From: Octopus vulgaris
Lineage: Eukaryota
NCBI GenBank assembly: GCA_951406725.2
Contig: OX597817.1
Coordinates: forward strand, 152,024,001-152,088,000
Direction: 5' to 3'
Length of the DNA: 64,000 nt
The notes under the pieces were generated by a model. The model ran no database searches. It saw only the letters and a program-made list of their open reading frames with translations, and was not told where the DNA came from. Shown here piece by piece: positions 1 through 13,500 of the stretch. The translations under genes were made by a program, and so were the position numbers. How positions within the stretch are numbered: the stretch's first letter is position 1; each line of letters starts with the position of its first letter.

Positions 1-208
1 CCAGTACCACCTGACTGGTCCTCGTGCCAGTGGCACGTAAAAGCACCCACTACACTCTCGGAGTGGTTGGTATTAGGAAGGGCATCCAGCTGTAGAAACC
101 CTGCCAGATCAAGATTGGAGCCTGGTGCAGCCATCTGGTTTGCCAGTCCTCAGTCAAATCGTCCAACCCATGCCAGCATGGAAAGTGGATGTTAAACGAT
201 GATGATGT
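1..208 (+). mobile_element. RTE LINE 3' UTR copy (5'-truncated). Other + copies: ~2350-2673, 5550-5962, 6838-7255, 12938-13181, 22987-23115, 23120-23490, 47183-47332, 56590-56898, 60208-60616, 62700-63022
   Basis: Shared ~200-nt end (cactacactctcggagtggttggcgttaggaagggcatccagctgtagaaac...catggaaagcggacgttaaacgatgatg). Boundaries approximate. Confidence 0.85.
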
Positions 209-699
209 TTAATATATCAATAGAAATTGCAGTTTTTGGATTATAATTCCACTGCTATACAATATCAGCTTATTAATGTTAGCACACATGCATTCACCTG
301 TTGTTTCAGGTGAGTAGTTTTTCAAGGACTCTATATTATATGATGCATCCTTCCCTTCCATTTAAGATGGCAGGTGCAATATAAGGGAGATTTAGCTGTT
401 ATATCTAGCAATTCCACTAACTATGCAGAGACTCCCTCATTGATACAATATGTATTTTATTATATTCTTTTATTCTTTTACTTGTTTCAGTCATTTGACT
501 GCGGCCATGCTGGAGCACCGCCTTTAGTCAAATCAAATCAACCCCAGGACTTATTCTTTGTAAGCCTAGTACTTATTTTATCAGTCTCTTTTGCTGAACC
601 ACTAAGTTATGGGGATGTAAACACATCACCATTGGTTGTCGAGCGACGTTGGGGGGACAAACACAGATACACAACATATACATACACATATATATATAA

Positions 700-862
700 A
701 GTTAATCCAAACAAGAAAACAAAAAGACAACAACGCAAGGATGTGGAACAAATAAGGTATTATTGGACGCTCAGGAAAGAAGGGAAGAAGGAGGTTTTGA
801 TGTTTCGAGCGGAGCTCTTCGTCGGAAACATAGGAGAAGGAAAGATCCCTAGACGGGAGGAC
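700..862 (-). mobile_element. Penelope-like pLTR fragment with variant hammerhead motif, in the (TA)n of a SINE (related + copy at 38190-38400)
   Basis: Minus strand gttt-CCGACGA-a-gagc-tcc-gctc-GAAA-catc-aaaac; the copy at 38268 reads gttt-CTGAAGA-a-gagc-ttt-gctc-AAAA-catt. Confidence 0.6.
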
Positions 863-3800
863 ATATATACAATGGGCTTGTTTCAGTTTCCGTCTACCAA
901 ATCTATTCACAAGGCTTTGGTCGGCCCGAGGCTTTAGTAGAAGACACTTGCCCAAGGTGCCACACAGTGGGAATGAACCCGGAACCATGTGGTTCGTAAG
1001 CAAGCTACTTACCACACAGCCACTCCTACACCTGTACAACATTTATCAATGAAGGAGGCAATGAACTGACAACTGTTTGCATGCTGAACAAAAGTGTTTA
1101 GTCGCATTTTTTTTGGGGGGGGGCCTCTTTGCATTCTGAGTTCAAACTCCACCAAGATTATCTTTGCTTTTCATCCAGTCAGTGCCAATAAAACAAGTGT
1201 CAGTTGATCATTGGAGCACAATGTAATTGACTTCCCTGGCCTTGTGCCAAAATATAAACCTATTTATTGAAGTTCTAAGTTGATCTGTTAATCATAGTAA
1301 AGAAGTAGTGAGTTCAGGAGCAAACTACACTATAAATATTTTGGTTTTTTTTTTTAAATATATTTTTATTTTTTTTTTTTTTTACTTTAGTCAAAATACA
1401 TGTTGCCAGACCTACATAATATGGCTAAGGGAAAATATCTTGAGATAAATACAGATGCATGTAATATAGTGAATTGGAAATCTTCACTCAAGATTAACCT
1501 CACAATTACTAAACGAAAAAAAAAACTCTCACTAGGGCTGTTTTGTATCGAAAAACAAAAGTAAGGGAGATAATTCCAATAACATGTTCCTTGTTTTCAC
1601 CAATTGGCTTTTAAAGACAAGGTCTGTTCCCATCTGCATTGTCTATATTTTCCCAAAATTTCGATTATCTGGCTTTATTGGAATCTTATTGCTTGTTTTT
1701 TAGATTTTTAAACATCACTAGAGGGAGATTTTAGCTTCTAATTATAAGGATAATATTAGTTAATCAGACTTTTTCAACTTGCTGTATTACATAATGCGAA
1801 CCCCTACGTTACACATTATCGTTTTAAATTTTCTTTTTTGTCTCAAAATATCAGATCTATTTCATTTGCGGTTGATATAATTTTAAATTTCAATGTTCCT
1901 TATTTTTCAAAGAGTTAATGCATTCTTAACTTTCATGTATTTAATACCCCCACTTAAGCAGTCCTTCATGCAGATAACATTTTATTTTGGTTCTACTATG
2001 CTGGTAGATAACATCTTGCATATAGATGTAGTTGTCTTTTATTCTATTCTATAAATTTCCCTGACAAAGAGACAGGCAGTCTCCAAGGACCAGAAACTAG
2101 ACATGCTATGAATATGAATGTATTATTTAAAGGACGATTAATATGTGCTCAAACAAATTACTTCATTTGTTTTTTGATGACTTGTTACTGCTCTGTGTCA
2201 TGTATATTTATTAACTCATTATCTGCATTGCAAAACATTTTAAGATGTTTCGTTTCATTGTTCAGTTATATAGTAGTAAGGGGATTCTTTGAGATTTTAT
2301 TTCATAATGACACAAAGATGACACAGCTTTGACAGGATTTAATTTCAGAACCTTCCGTTTCGCGACCGTTGCCAGCACCGCCCCGTTTCGTGTCCATTGC
2401 CAGCCTCGCCTGGCCCTCGTGCCGGTGGCACATAAAAAGCACCATCCATTCGTGGCCGTTTGCCAGCTCTGTCTGGCACCTGTGTGGGTGGCACGTAAAA
2501 AGCACCCACTACACACACGGAGTGGTTGGCATTAGGAAGGGCATCCAGCTGTAGAAACACTGCCAGATTTGACTGGGCCTGATGAAGCCTTCTGGCTTCA
2601 CAGCCCCCAGTAGAACCGTCCAACCCATGCTAGCATGGAAAACGGACGCTAAACGATGATGATGATGATGATGCTGATAATTAGCAAAGTATGGTTTGCT
2701 TATTACATATAATTAAGCAGATAATTTTTTTATGAATCATAATGATCCTTGAAGTCAATGTTTTTCCCTGATTTTGCTCTCAGTGAGACATACAACACTC
2801 CCTTGACAGAACACTGAGTAAGTGTAGGTAGCCTTTGTTTGCCAAGAGAAAATATTCCTGAAACTTGAAGCCAAGGACTTGATCTACTGAGGCAAATGTA
2901 ATTGTGTGGTTAAGATGCTTGCTTTCTGACAAAGTGACTCAAGTTCAGTCCTACTGTGTAACACCAAGGGCAATTGTCTTCTACCATAACATTGGGTGAA
3001 CCAAGACCTTATGAGGGGATATGGTGAATGAAAACTGAAAGAAACCTGAGGTGTTAGCTGTTAGGACACTGCATCATCATCATTTAACAACTGCTTTCCA
3101 TGCTAGCATGGTTTGGATGATTTGACTGAGGTCTGGCGAACCAGACTCCAATCTGACCTGGCAGAGTTTCTACAGCTGGATGCCCTTCCTAACGCCAACC
3201 ACTCTGAGAGTGTAGTGAGTGCTTTTACGTGCCACTGGCATGAGGGCCAGTATGTGGCGGTACTGGCAACGGCCTCTTCAAAACTTCAATGCTTCCTCAA
3301 ATTTGATAACACTAGTCCTGTTGCACCCATGCACTCTTTCCTCTTTATATCTCTTTTATTATCCACTTTCCTCTCTTATCCTCTGTACTATGCATGTACA
3401 TTTGGCTATCATTGCTGTGTTGCTTTACTCAGCTCATGGCTGTTTTCTGTCCCATTTTTTTTCCTCCTGATACTGGAGCACTGAACGCAAGAAGTTTATT
3501 ATGAAAGAATCATTATTATTATTATTGAGTTTTTCTTCTTCCTTCAATTTAGCTTCAACTTTTGGCCAAGAGTCCTCCTAGGGCAAAGAAACCTACTGTA
3601 AATGGTAGGCCATTTAGCTAAATGCACCTAATTGTTCATTTACAAAATCGAAATTATGTAAAAAAAAAAATTTTATTTATCATTTTTAAGCAATAAGCAG
3701 GTAGAAAGGGGTAGGAATGGCTGTGTGGTAAGTAGCTTGCTTACCAACCACATGGTTCCGGGTTCAGTCTCACTGCGTGGCACCTCGGGCAAATGTCTTC

Positions 3801-4443
3801 TACTATAGCCTTGGGCTGACCAAAGCCTTGTGAGTGGATTTGGTAGACAGAAACTGAAAGAAGCCTGTCAAATATATGTATATATCTGTGTGTGTCTGTG
3901 TTTGTCCCCCCCCCCCCCCAACATTGGTTGACAACTGATGCTGGTGTGTTTACGTCCCTGTAACTTAGCAGTTTGGCAAAAAAGACCGATAGAATAAGTA
4001 CTAGGCTTACAAAGAATAACTCCTGGGGTCGATGAGCTCGACTAAAGGCAGTGCTCCAGCATAGTCAGATTCAAATGACTGAAACAAGTAAAAGAGTATG
4101 GCAGGCATTTTGTCTGTCCTTATGTGGTGAATTCAAATTCCACAGAGGTTGACTTTGTCTTTCATCCTTTTGGTGTCAATAAATTAAGTACCAGTTGAAC
4201 ACTAGGGTTCATATAATTGACTAGCCCCCTCCCATGAAATTTCATCCCTTTTACCTGCAGTGGAAGGGATTATTATTTTTAAAAGTACTTTTGAATTTAC
4301 AATTTTTCTACTTCTAACATTTCTTTGCTCAAATATTTAGCAATTATGAAAGAAAAAAAAACAATATATACACATTACATTTGTTTTATAAAGCTCTCTC
4401 CTGAAATGTTACTCAATTTATATTTCACTGAAATAATTAATAG

Positions 4444-4556
4444 GTACAGAAAAGTGTACTGGAGAAAAAAATGACACAGCCGAAGTATTGTTATATCAAG
4501 AATCAGTCAACTCAGAAACGATCGTATTAGCCAGCTACAAACCAACTTTCTATCAG
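4444..4556 (+). CDS. RELN: reelin exon A (phase 1/0): [38 protein letters not shown]
   Basis: TAG acceptor at 4441-4443 and donor CAG|gtaaaa; phase 0 joins exon B. Fits the pre-repeat region of reelin. Most divergent exon, with a weak polypyrimidine tract. Confidence 0.75.
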
Positions 4557-7500
4557 GTAAAAATATTTAAATTCAACTGCTTTCATATTCACACAAAACA
4601 ATTATTTTATAATAGGGAGAAAATTGGAGGGTATTTATCATTTTCATCAAAAGGTAGAGACTGTGCCTATAATCATAACAAGCCTTCTTTTGAGACTGTT
4701 AAGATTGATGTAGATAATGTTCAGCTTTAGTTACAGCAAGAGGATACATCATCATCATTGTTTAACATCCGCTTTCCATGCTAGCATAGGTTGGATGAAT
4801 GACTGAGGGCTGGCAAACCAGATGGCTGCACCAGGCTTCAATCTTGATCTAGCAGAGTTTCTACAGCTGGATACCCTTCCTAACGCCAACCATTCTGAGA
4901 GTGTAGTGGGTGCTTTTACGTGCCACCGGCACGGGGCCAGTCAGGCAGTACTGGCAACGACCTCACTCAAATCTTTTACACATGCCACCGGCACAGGTGT
5001 CAGTAAGGCGATGCTGGTAACAATCACGCTCGAATAGTGATTTTTTTTTACGTGCCACCAGCACGGAGGCCAGATAGCCACTCTGGCAATGATCACGCTA
5101 TACAGATGTAGTAAAGTAATGAGAACGTCTATATGATTCTTTGATATACAAGAAAACCCCATCAAATTCCTTCTACTATCTTAAATAAGGCCCCATTAGA
5201 TGATGTGGTTCTACATCTCTCAAAAGATGATGGTAGAGCCATGACTGAGATTCCTTTAATCATAGACCTGTTAGAAGTCATGGTTGAGCTGGGACCAAAC
5301 AGCAATGACATAGGTTAAGTAGGGATTTCCAGTGAGTAGAAACTTGGCAGATACAGAATTGTGGTTGTTTGCAGTTATTGGCACTACCTATTTGGTATCA
5401 CTAATTCAATGCTAACTTATCTGAGAGCAAGTGCTTTAATGTTTCTCTAGTTCTCTCCTTTCTGTATAAGGAGAGGTAAAGTCTTAACATTAATTGGGTT
5501 CAGCTGATAAATTGAAAGTCTCTCTCTCTCACCTTTTCTATCTAGAATAAAAATCAAATGGAAATTGTAGTTGTGATACCCAAGCCAATGGCATGTAAAA
5601 AGCACCATCCAAATGTGGCCGATGCTAGCGCTGCCTTGATTGGCTTCCAAGCCGATGGCACATAAAAAGCACCAACCAATCGTGGCCAATGCCAGTGTTG
5701 CCTTGACTGGTTTCTGTGCCAATGGCACATAAAAAGCACCAACCAATCGTGGACGTTTCCAGCCTCCTCTGACCCCTGTGCCGGTGGCACATAAAAAGCA
5801 CCCACTACACTCACAGAGTGGTTGGTGTTAGGAAGGGCATCCAGCTGTAGAAAGACTGCCAGATCAGAATGGAGCCTGGTGCAGCCCCCTGGTTTCCCAG
5901 AACCCAGTTGAACCGTCCAACTCATGCTAGCATGGAAAACAGACGTTAAACGATGATGATGATATGTATGTGTTTGTTTACCTACAACACCAAAGAGCAC
6001 TGTTGCCAAAACAGGCTGAATATGCTAAACTCTCAGCATCCAAACAACTGTGCCCAATCATGTCATTTCACAGAATTAATACTTCAGGTTGATATGATAT
6101 ACAACTTACCTAACTCTGAGTATTGACCATTATAGTAGTGGTAGAAGAAGCACGATGAGGAGACAATGTGGTTGTAGGTTAGAAGTGGGGAATGTTGATG
6201 ATCAAGTCCTTAGCAATCAATTGGATGGGTTTCTTTCCTATTTGATCTGGGTTATTGTCTCTCTTTGTAAGTCTAGCTCAATCTTCAGACTTATACTATT
6301 AGTTTGTAAAATACTGAAGAGAAAAGACAGCAAAAGTTATTAAAACATTTATGAGGAAGTGGACAGTAATTATAGTATTTAGGAAAGTGATAAAATTTAA
6401 TCAAAGAACACTTGTCAATGTTTTCAAAATTATATTTTCTTTATTAAACAATGTAAAATTCTCCTTTCTTCAACGTGCAGTCTCTCTTTAGCTTATTTTC
6501 TGTTAGCTTCCTTGAAATTTCACTGTTTACATCTAACTTGGTCTATCATTAGCAAGCTAATTTGCTCTACTGTGTTGGGGAAACATAGAATTAATTTGCT
6601 TCTTGCAAGAGTTTGCACGAACAAGACAAGTGATAACTAATCAACAAACTTTATTGATCCTCTTAAATATATAATATGAAAGTTCAACTTCAATCCTTGT
6701 TTATTTCAAAAACATAAATCATATGATCTTTTAATATGTACTCATCCAACTAACCCACACTCCCTAAATCTTCTGGCCTTGTGCCAAAATTTGTAATATT
6801 TATTATAACTATGACCTTAATTAACCCTTTCATTACTTGAAAATTCAAATTCGATGAATGCCATCCGTGCTAGTGGAGCATTAAGAGCACCATCCAAGCG
6901 TGATTGTTGCAAGAGCAGCTAACTGGCATTTGTGCCAGTGGCATGTAAAAAGCACCATTCAAGCATAATCGTTACCAGTATCACCTTACTGGCACTTGTG
7001 CCAGTGTGCAGGTGACATGTAAAAAAAAAATGATTTTTCATGGCCGTTGCCAGTACCACCTGACGGATTTCATGTTGGTGGCATGTAAAAGCATCCACTA
7101 CACTCTCGGAGTAGTTGGCATTAGGAAGGGTTTCCAGCTATAGAAACTTTGCCAGATCAAGATTGGAGCCTGGTGCGGCCATCTCGTTCGCCAGTCCTCA
7201 GTCAAATCGTCCAACTCATACTAGCATGGAAAGTGGATGATGATGATGATGATTATGATTACTGTATTTATTTTGAGATGCTCTGTGTTTCTTTCAATTA
7301 CTTCAAATATAACAAAGAATTTAGTAAAATAATTTAGTTATCATTAAGCAAGTGACTAAGGTTTGGTGAAATATTTTAATTCAAAACTTATGAAAACAAG
7401 ACATTTGTACTCAGAGCCAGAGCCGGTTTAAGCCAGGGTGTTAACATAAGGGTTAAGGTGGCAAGTTGGCAGAATCATTAGTATACCAAACAAAATGTTT

Positions 7501-10500
7501 AGTGGTATTTCACCTATCTTAAAGATCTGAGTTCAATTCCACCAGAGTCAACTTTACTTTTCGTCCTTTTGGGGTTGATAAAATAAGTACCAGTTGAACA
7601 CTGGGGTTAATTTAATCAACTTGACCCCCTCCTCCAAGTTAGCTGGCCTTATGCCAAAATTTGAAATAATTATTATGACCTTAATACAATTTGCGATATC
7701 ATTATCAGATCTGTGAGATCATAACATGCTGAGAAGTAATTAATTTTGTTGATTAATGACTAAGTTCAAATCCTGAAAGTCAATGGCAACATTGCATTTA
7801 ATCTTGCTGTTAGTCTGAAGGATAGATTCACTATATTCAGTTCAATAAACCAAAGCTGTGAGTGTGTGTAGGTACAAATTCTATTCATCATCATCATCAT
7901 CATCATTGTTTAATGTCCGCTCTCCATGCTATCATGGGTTGGACAGTTTGACGAAGGACTGGCAAGCCAGGAGGCTGCACCAGGCTCCAATCTGATCTGG
8001 CAGAGTTTCTACAGCTGGATGCTCTTCCTAATGCCAACTACTCCGAGAGTGTAGTGGGTGCTTTTTATGTGCCACTGGTATGGGAGCCAATCAGGCAGCA
8101 CTCTGGCATCAACCATGTTCAGATGGTGCTTTTTATGTGCCACCTGCATGGGAGCCAGTAGATGCAATAAAAACTTATACAGGTTCAAGGGGTCACCAAA
8201 ATTCAAATAATTTAGTGGGCAGAGACCGCAGCAGAAATTTTTGCTTCATATATAGAATTTGTCTACCTAAAATTCTCCTAAACCTCCTCACACACATCTC
8301 TCTTTTACAAAACCAAATCAGTTTAGAGATATTATTTTTACATGTGGCACCTTGAGCAAGTGTCTTCTACTATAGCCTCAGGCAAACTAAAGCCTTGTGA
8401 GTGGACTTGGTGAATGGAAACTGGAAAAAAAGCCCATCGTATATATGTATATATGTGTGTGTGTGTTTGTGTGTCTATGTTTGTTCCCCCAACATCACTT
8501 GACAACCGATGCTGGTGTGTTTACATCCCCGTAACTTAGCAGTTCGGCAAAAGAGACCAATAGAATAAGTACTAGGCTTGCATAGAATAAGTCCTGCGGT
8601 CCATTTGCTCGACTAAAGGCGGTGCTCCAGCATGGCCGCAGTCAAATGACTGAAACTAGTAAAAGAGAGAGAGCGTTACAAGAAACAGTTAGGTTCCTTT
8701 TTCTGACATTTTACATAGTTCAACCTACACAAGTGAATGTATAATAAACAAAATAGGAATTTTGCAAGAATTATCTATAAAACAAGAATTTTAACCATCG
8801 AATGGTTATGAGGGTCCACCAGAATAAAACAGGAATCAAAGGGGTCCATAGATGATAAATGGTTGAGGACCATTGTGTATCATAGGTGACTCTCATAATA
8901 GTACAGAACAAATATATTATCTTTATTCTGTACTGCAGGAGTTACTAGTGATACACATGATAGGTAAAGTGTTAAAAGAATGAAGTTTAAGTTTCTAAAA
9001 TAATAAGACCATCACAATTTTAAAACCTTGTTGAAACTCTTGAAATTTGCAAAGGACTAAATGTGATAAATATTTATATTCTTTATATTATCAAACAGTC
9101 ACCTGTTTTGAATTCAGTTACCATCAAACCTGAACACAGACGTTCTGTTTCAAAAATTTGCTGGGAACAAAAGTATTACAGAGATGAAGATTCTGATGTC
9201 TGGGCAATTGACAGTGTTCAAATATCCCCTCACATGGACCCAGATTATTCAAATGGAAAGGACAAATATGTACAATTTAGTTTGAATATGATGTGCGGAT
9301 TTGATTTAAAACACAACAGGTAAGTCAATTTTCATTTAAATTACACAAACACACACGCGCGCGCGCATGCTGGGCTTCTTTCAGTTTCCATTTAACAAAT
9401 TCACGCCCATAACTTTCCCAATGTGCCACACAGTGGTACTGAACTTGAAGCTATGAGCCTTGGAAGTCAGCTTCCTAACCACACAGCCACACTTGCTCCT
9501 TAGCCACATCTTATGTGGGAGGCAATCAACGTGGTGAACTAATTAAAAACCACTGCTGCACTCTAAATTGTTCCTACCTTAAGCAGTTAACAACCTCTAC
9601 TCTTTCATCAAGAACATCTAGTGCAATTTGCCTTTCTCTGAATACATACAACTGTCATAGTTCTTTTCCCCCTTTAACATTTTGCATTAATGAATTTTCT
9701 TCCTCTTACTCATATCCCTCATTAACACACCACTTCCAGTTCTTCAAACACAGCCTCTTTCTCACCTCTAAACTGCATCTTCACCCTGCCCTCACAGTCA
9801 TTCTCATCACCACATTATGCAGTCCAACTACAGTGTAATCAGAATAACTCATTCCTCATTATCCTATCACACAACCTCTTTCTATCAAGCCCTCTGTTTC
9901 ATCAAATCAGTCAACTGATCAGAGATCCATTAATTCCGTGTGAATTCAGTATCATGACTCATAAACTGTTCCCTTTCCTGACATTCTATGTACTGTACAT
10001 GCACCTTTGATGAGTTGTTGTGCACCTGAGCACTATACACAATAATTTCATTATTATTATGATGATTATTATTAGAATTGAGTTAATTGGTAAACAAAAC
10101 GTTCACAGATTCAGTTTTACTGCTAATTATATTTTACTTGTTTCAGTCATTAGACTCCGAAGGGGGTCTCAGAGAGTAGTGTCCCTGCCTTCCTGAGCTA
10201 GTTTTCCACCACATTTCTTAAAAATCGTGGTCGAAGCCTTGGTCTCGGGACCACTCATGTCTAGATACTGACGTTAGGGGTAAGCAAGGGCATGCTCCCT
10301 GTAGAAAATCCAACTCCAAAAAATCCTCATGATAGCAAAGGAGAATGGGCACCAGCCAGCCCAAAGGTTGGGGGGGCTGCACCTGCCTACCTTAGTTGCT
10401 GTGTCATTGAGGTAGATCCAGCCACCTCTGTTAATCGGGACAAATCCAGATTTAAAACGCTGGATGATGATAATTCATTCGAATGTGGCCTTGCTGGGGT

Positions 10501-13500
10501 ACTGCCTTGAAGAATTTTTAGTTGAATGACTTGACCCCAGTACATATTCCTTTTAAGCCCGGTACTTATTCCTACCAGTCTCTTTTGCCAAACCACTAAG
10601 TTACATGGATGTAAAGACAGCAACATTGGTTGTCAAGCAGCAGTGAGGGACAAACACAAAGATATACACACACACACAAATATATATATACTAGCAGTAT
10701 CGCCCGGCGTTGCTCGGGTTTGTTTCGACCCGCTGGAATTGTAATTTTGAAAAGTAAAAATTTTGTGAACATTTTTCTGGTCGAAATACACCGAAAAGTG
10801 GCGACACAGCAGTGAAAAAATCGTAAAAAATAGGGATTTTCATAGAAAAAAGCATCTGTTTGATGTAAATAATTTTTGGTGTTAACATGGTCCGATTTGA
10901 ATTTTATGAAGGAAGAGCAACCCTTCTTCTATCATACTCTCAATTTTGGTTAACTTGCGCCGCAGGGTCTCGGAGGAGATAGTGTTAGTTGAAGGTTACC
11001 AAACGTGGCGCACACAGACAACTTTAGTTTTATATAGAGATAACACACACACATTAATACACATACATAGACACACACACACATGTATGTATGGATGTAT
11101 ATATGGGTACTTGTATCGCAGAGTGGTCCCGGTTGCGCACACGCGGATTCGCGCGTGCGAGCCAGACGTAGGTACTCGATACTCGATCGCCCTTAAATAA
11201 TTACTTTTTTTTACAGAAACGCGAACGTATATAACACGCAAAATTATTCCGTAGAATTTATCAAATTAAATAACGCAAAATTAATATATTTTTTGAAATT
11301 GCAAATTATTTAGAATATAAAAATCTGGCTGCTATTTCTAGGTGCCTGAGTAACAACCTTGCGGATTTACAGATAAATGAATTAATTACTATTTTACAGA
11401 ATAAAATTAAATAATTCTTGAAAATTAATTAATATTAATATTTTTTGAACAAAGTAAATAATTTTTAAAACTTAAATAATAATTTTTTTTACACAAACGC
11501 GAACGGGGAAAAGGGGGTGGCGAATTCGATTTTTTTATTTTCGTTGAATGAATAGAAAAAATGTATAATATATGTTGTACATACCTAAATTTTTTTCTTT
11601 TTCATGACATTGTAGCAAAATAGTAGTGAATTATATAAATACCAGCAGTACATTTTTTTTTCTGGGGTATTTTTTTCAACCTCGTCACATATTTGCCCCT
11701 TTCAATTTAAACAAAGTCTTAATTAAGCAATTACGGCAGCTTAGCAATGGTTTCAATACAGGCGTGACATCTGTATCTCAATTGTTCAAAACCCTTCGAA
11801 TTTTTTCGCACGTGATGATATCATAGTGAAAACTTTCAATTACGCGCGCTTAGAAGTACGCTCGCAAATTAATACTACCAACATTTTGAAGTTCGCGCTC
11901 CGCTTGTGTGTGTGCGGGCTTTAGGTGTACGTAGGTATGTGTTTTTGTGTGTGTGTGTCACTGAAGCCATACATACATGTATACATACATAACCTCTCTC
12001 TCTCTCTTTTCTCTCTCAGTCACTCACTACAAAAAAGTGAATAAAAAAAGTTCAGTTATTTCTGTCTTTCACTCTCTCTGTCTCTTTACACACACTAACA
12101 AAAGCACTTCACTTACACACCCCACTTTCTGTGTCGCACAACCCATCAAACACACACACACACACACACACTCACGCACGTACACATGTACATCAATGCT
12201 TTCGGAGTGAAATGTTAAAATATTGAGTTTTCTCGAATTTTGTCTTAATTGGGGGTGAAATTGAAAGAAATTTGTTATGGCATGACCGAATGGAGTACTT
12301 TGAAAAATCTTAGGTAAACTCTAATTGAAGAAATTGTGTGAGGAGTAAATCGTTATGTATTTATTTGTTTCTGTTTGCTGTGTTTTTTTATTTTTTGAGT
12401 AGTGGTTTAAGGTACACTTGCAAAGAGAAAGTGGGAGAAATTATGTTGATAGCATGAGTGATCCGTTTTATAGAAATACTTTCAGTTTAGTCTTCCTCAA
12501 ATCACTCTGTCGCTATTTACTCTCTTCCAAGAACATTTTCACTCACTCTTATCTCTTAGCTTGCCATACATTTTACTCGTGTATCTATCAGTGTGATAGA
12601 CAGAAACAAATATTACATCGCCATCGCATTCTATTGTCTACCTGTCAACACACACACAGTGAATTACTTTCACTTTATTCGTTGCACACTGTGTGTGTGC
12701 GTGTGGTGTAAACCACATTAAGAAAAGCATTTGACATACACACCAGAATGTGAGTTTTCTGTAAATTTTGCTTAATTGGAGTTTAAATTTTAAAAACTGG
12801 ACCTGGCATGACCCGATGCATTCTACTCTTAAAAATGCTAGGTAAATTGTAATTGAAGAAATCCTATATTGTAGATTTCTATAACTGACAAAGGGAGGCA
12901 GATAAAATCTGCCTTTTATAATAAGAGATACACACATTCCTGTGCAAGTGGCACATAATAAAACACCATTGGAGCGTGGCCATTGCCAGTACCGTCTGAC
13001 TGGCACTCGTGCCGGTGGCACGTAAAAGCACTCACTACACTCTTGGAGTGATTGGCATTAGGAAGGGCATCCAGCTGTAGAAACTCTGCCAAATCAGATT
13101 GGAGACTAGTGCAGCCATCTGGTTCGCCAGTCCTTAGTCAAATCGTCCAACCCATGCTAGCATGGAAAGCGGACGTTAAACATAAAGCTGGCAGGGGGTT
13201 TCTGTAAATTTCCTCATGCCATACAACAAAGAAAATTCTCCGAATGTTTACTTCATCATAAGATGGCTTTTTAAACATTTTGTTCAGAAATTTTGTTTTC
13301 ATTTTGTTTTCATTTTCCCTTGTCAGACATAAATGGGAGAAAAAAATGTATGTACCTCTTTGTGTGTGTGTGTGTGCATGTGCGTATGCAATTATTGATA
13401 GTATTGTATTTTAAGTATTAGCTATGGTTTTATTTATCTCTAAGTGTGTGTGATTAAAAACTAACTTTAAGTAAAATATTAATTTTAAAAAGATAATGGG

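Noticed and set aside
258-309. Additional upstream reelin exon ending at AG|GTGAGT
   Set aside because: The required phase-1 frame (NISLLMLAHMHSPVVS) does not resemble the expected reelin segment and no clear acceptor was found.
374-937. 187-aa ORF and similar ORFs with [15 protein letters not shown] or YQIHSQG peptides
   Set aside because: Translations of SINE family A plus microsatellite.
3113-3484. Recurring ORFs containing [20 protein letters not shown] (also 4822, 23926, 33040, 36842, 62639 etc.) as a gene family
   Set aside because: They are antisense translations of the RTE 3' UTR copies, with frameshifts and no splice or codon support.
5581-5803. CRISPR array (palindromic constant part plus variable spacers)
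   Set aside because: The spacers are homologous to each other and recur in many dispersed copies, the array is part of a LINE 3' UTR, the context is a eukaryotic intron, and there are no cas genes.
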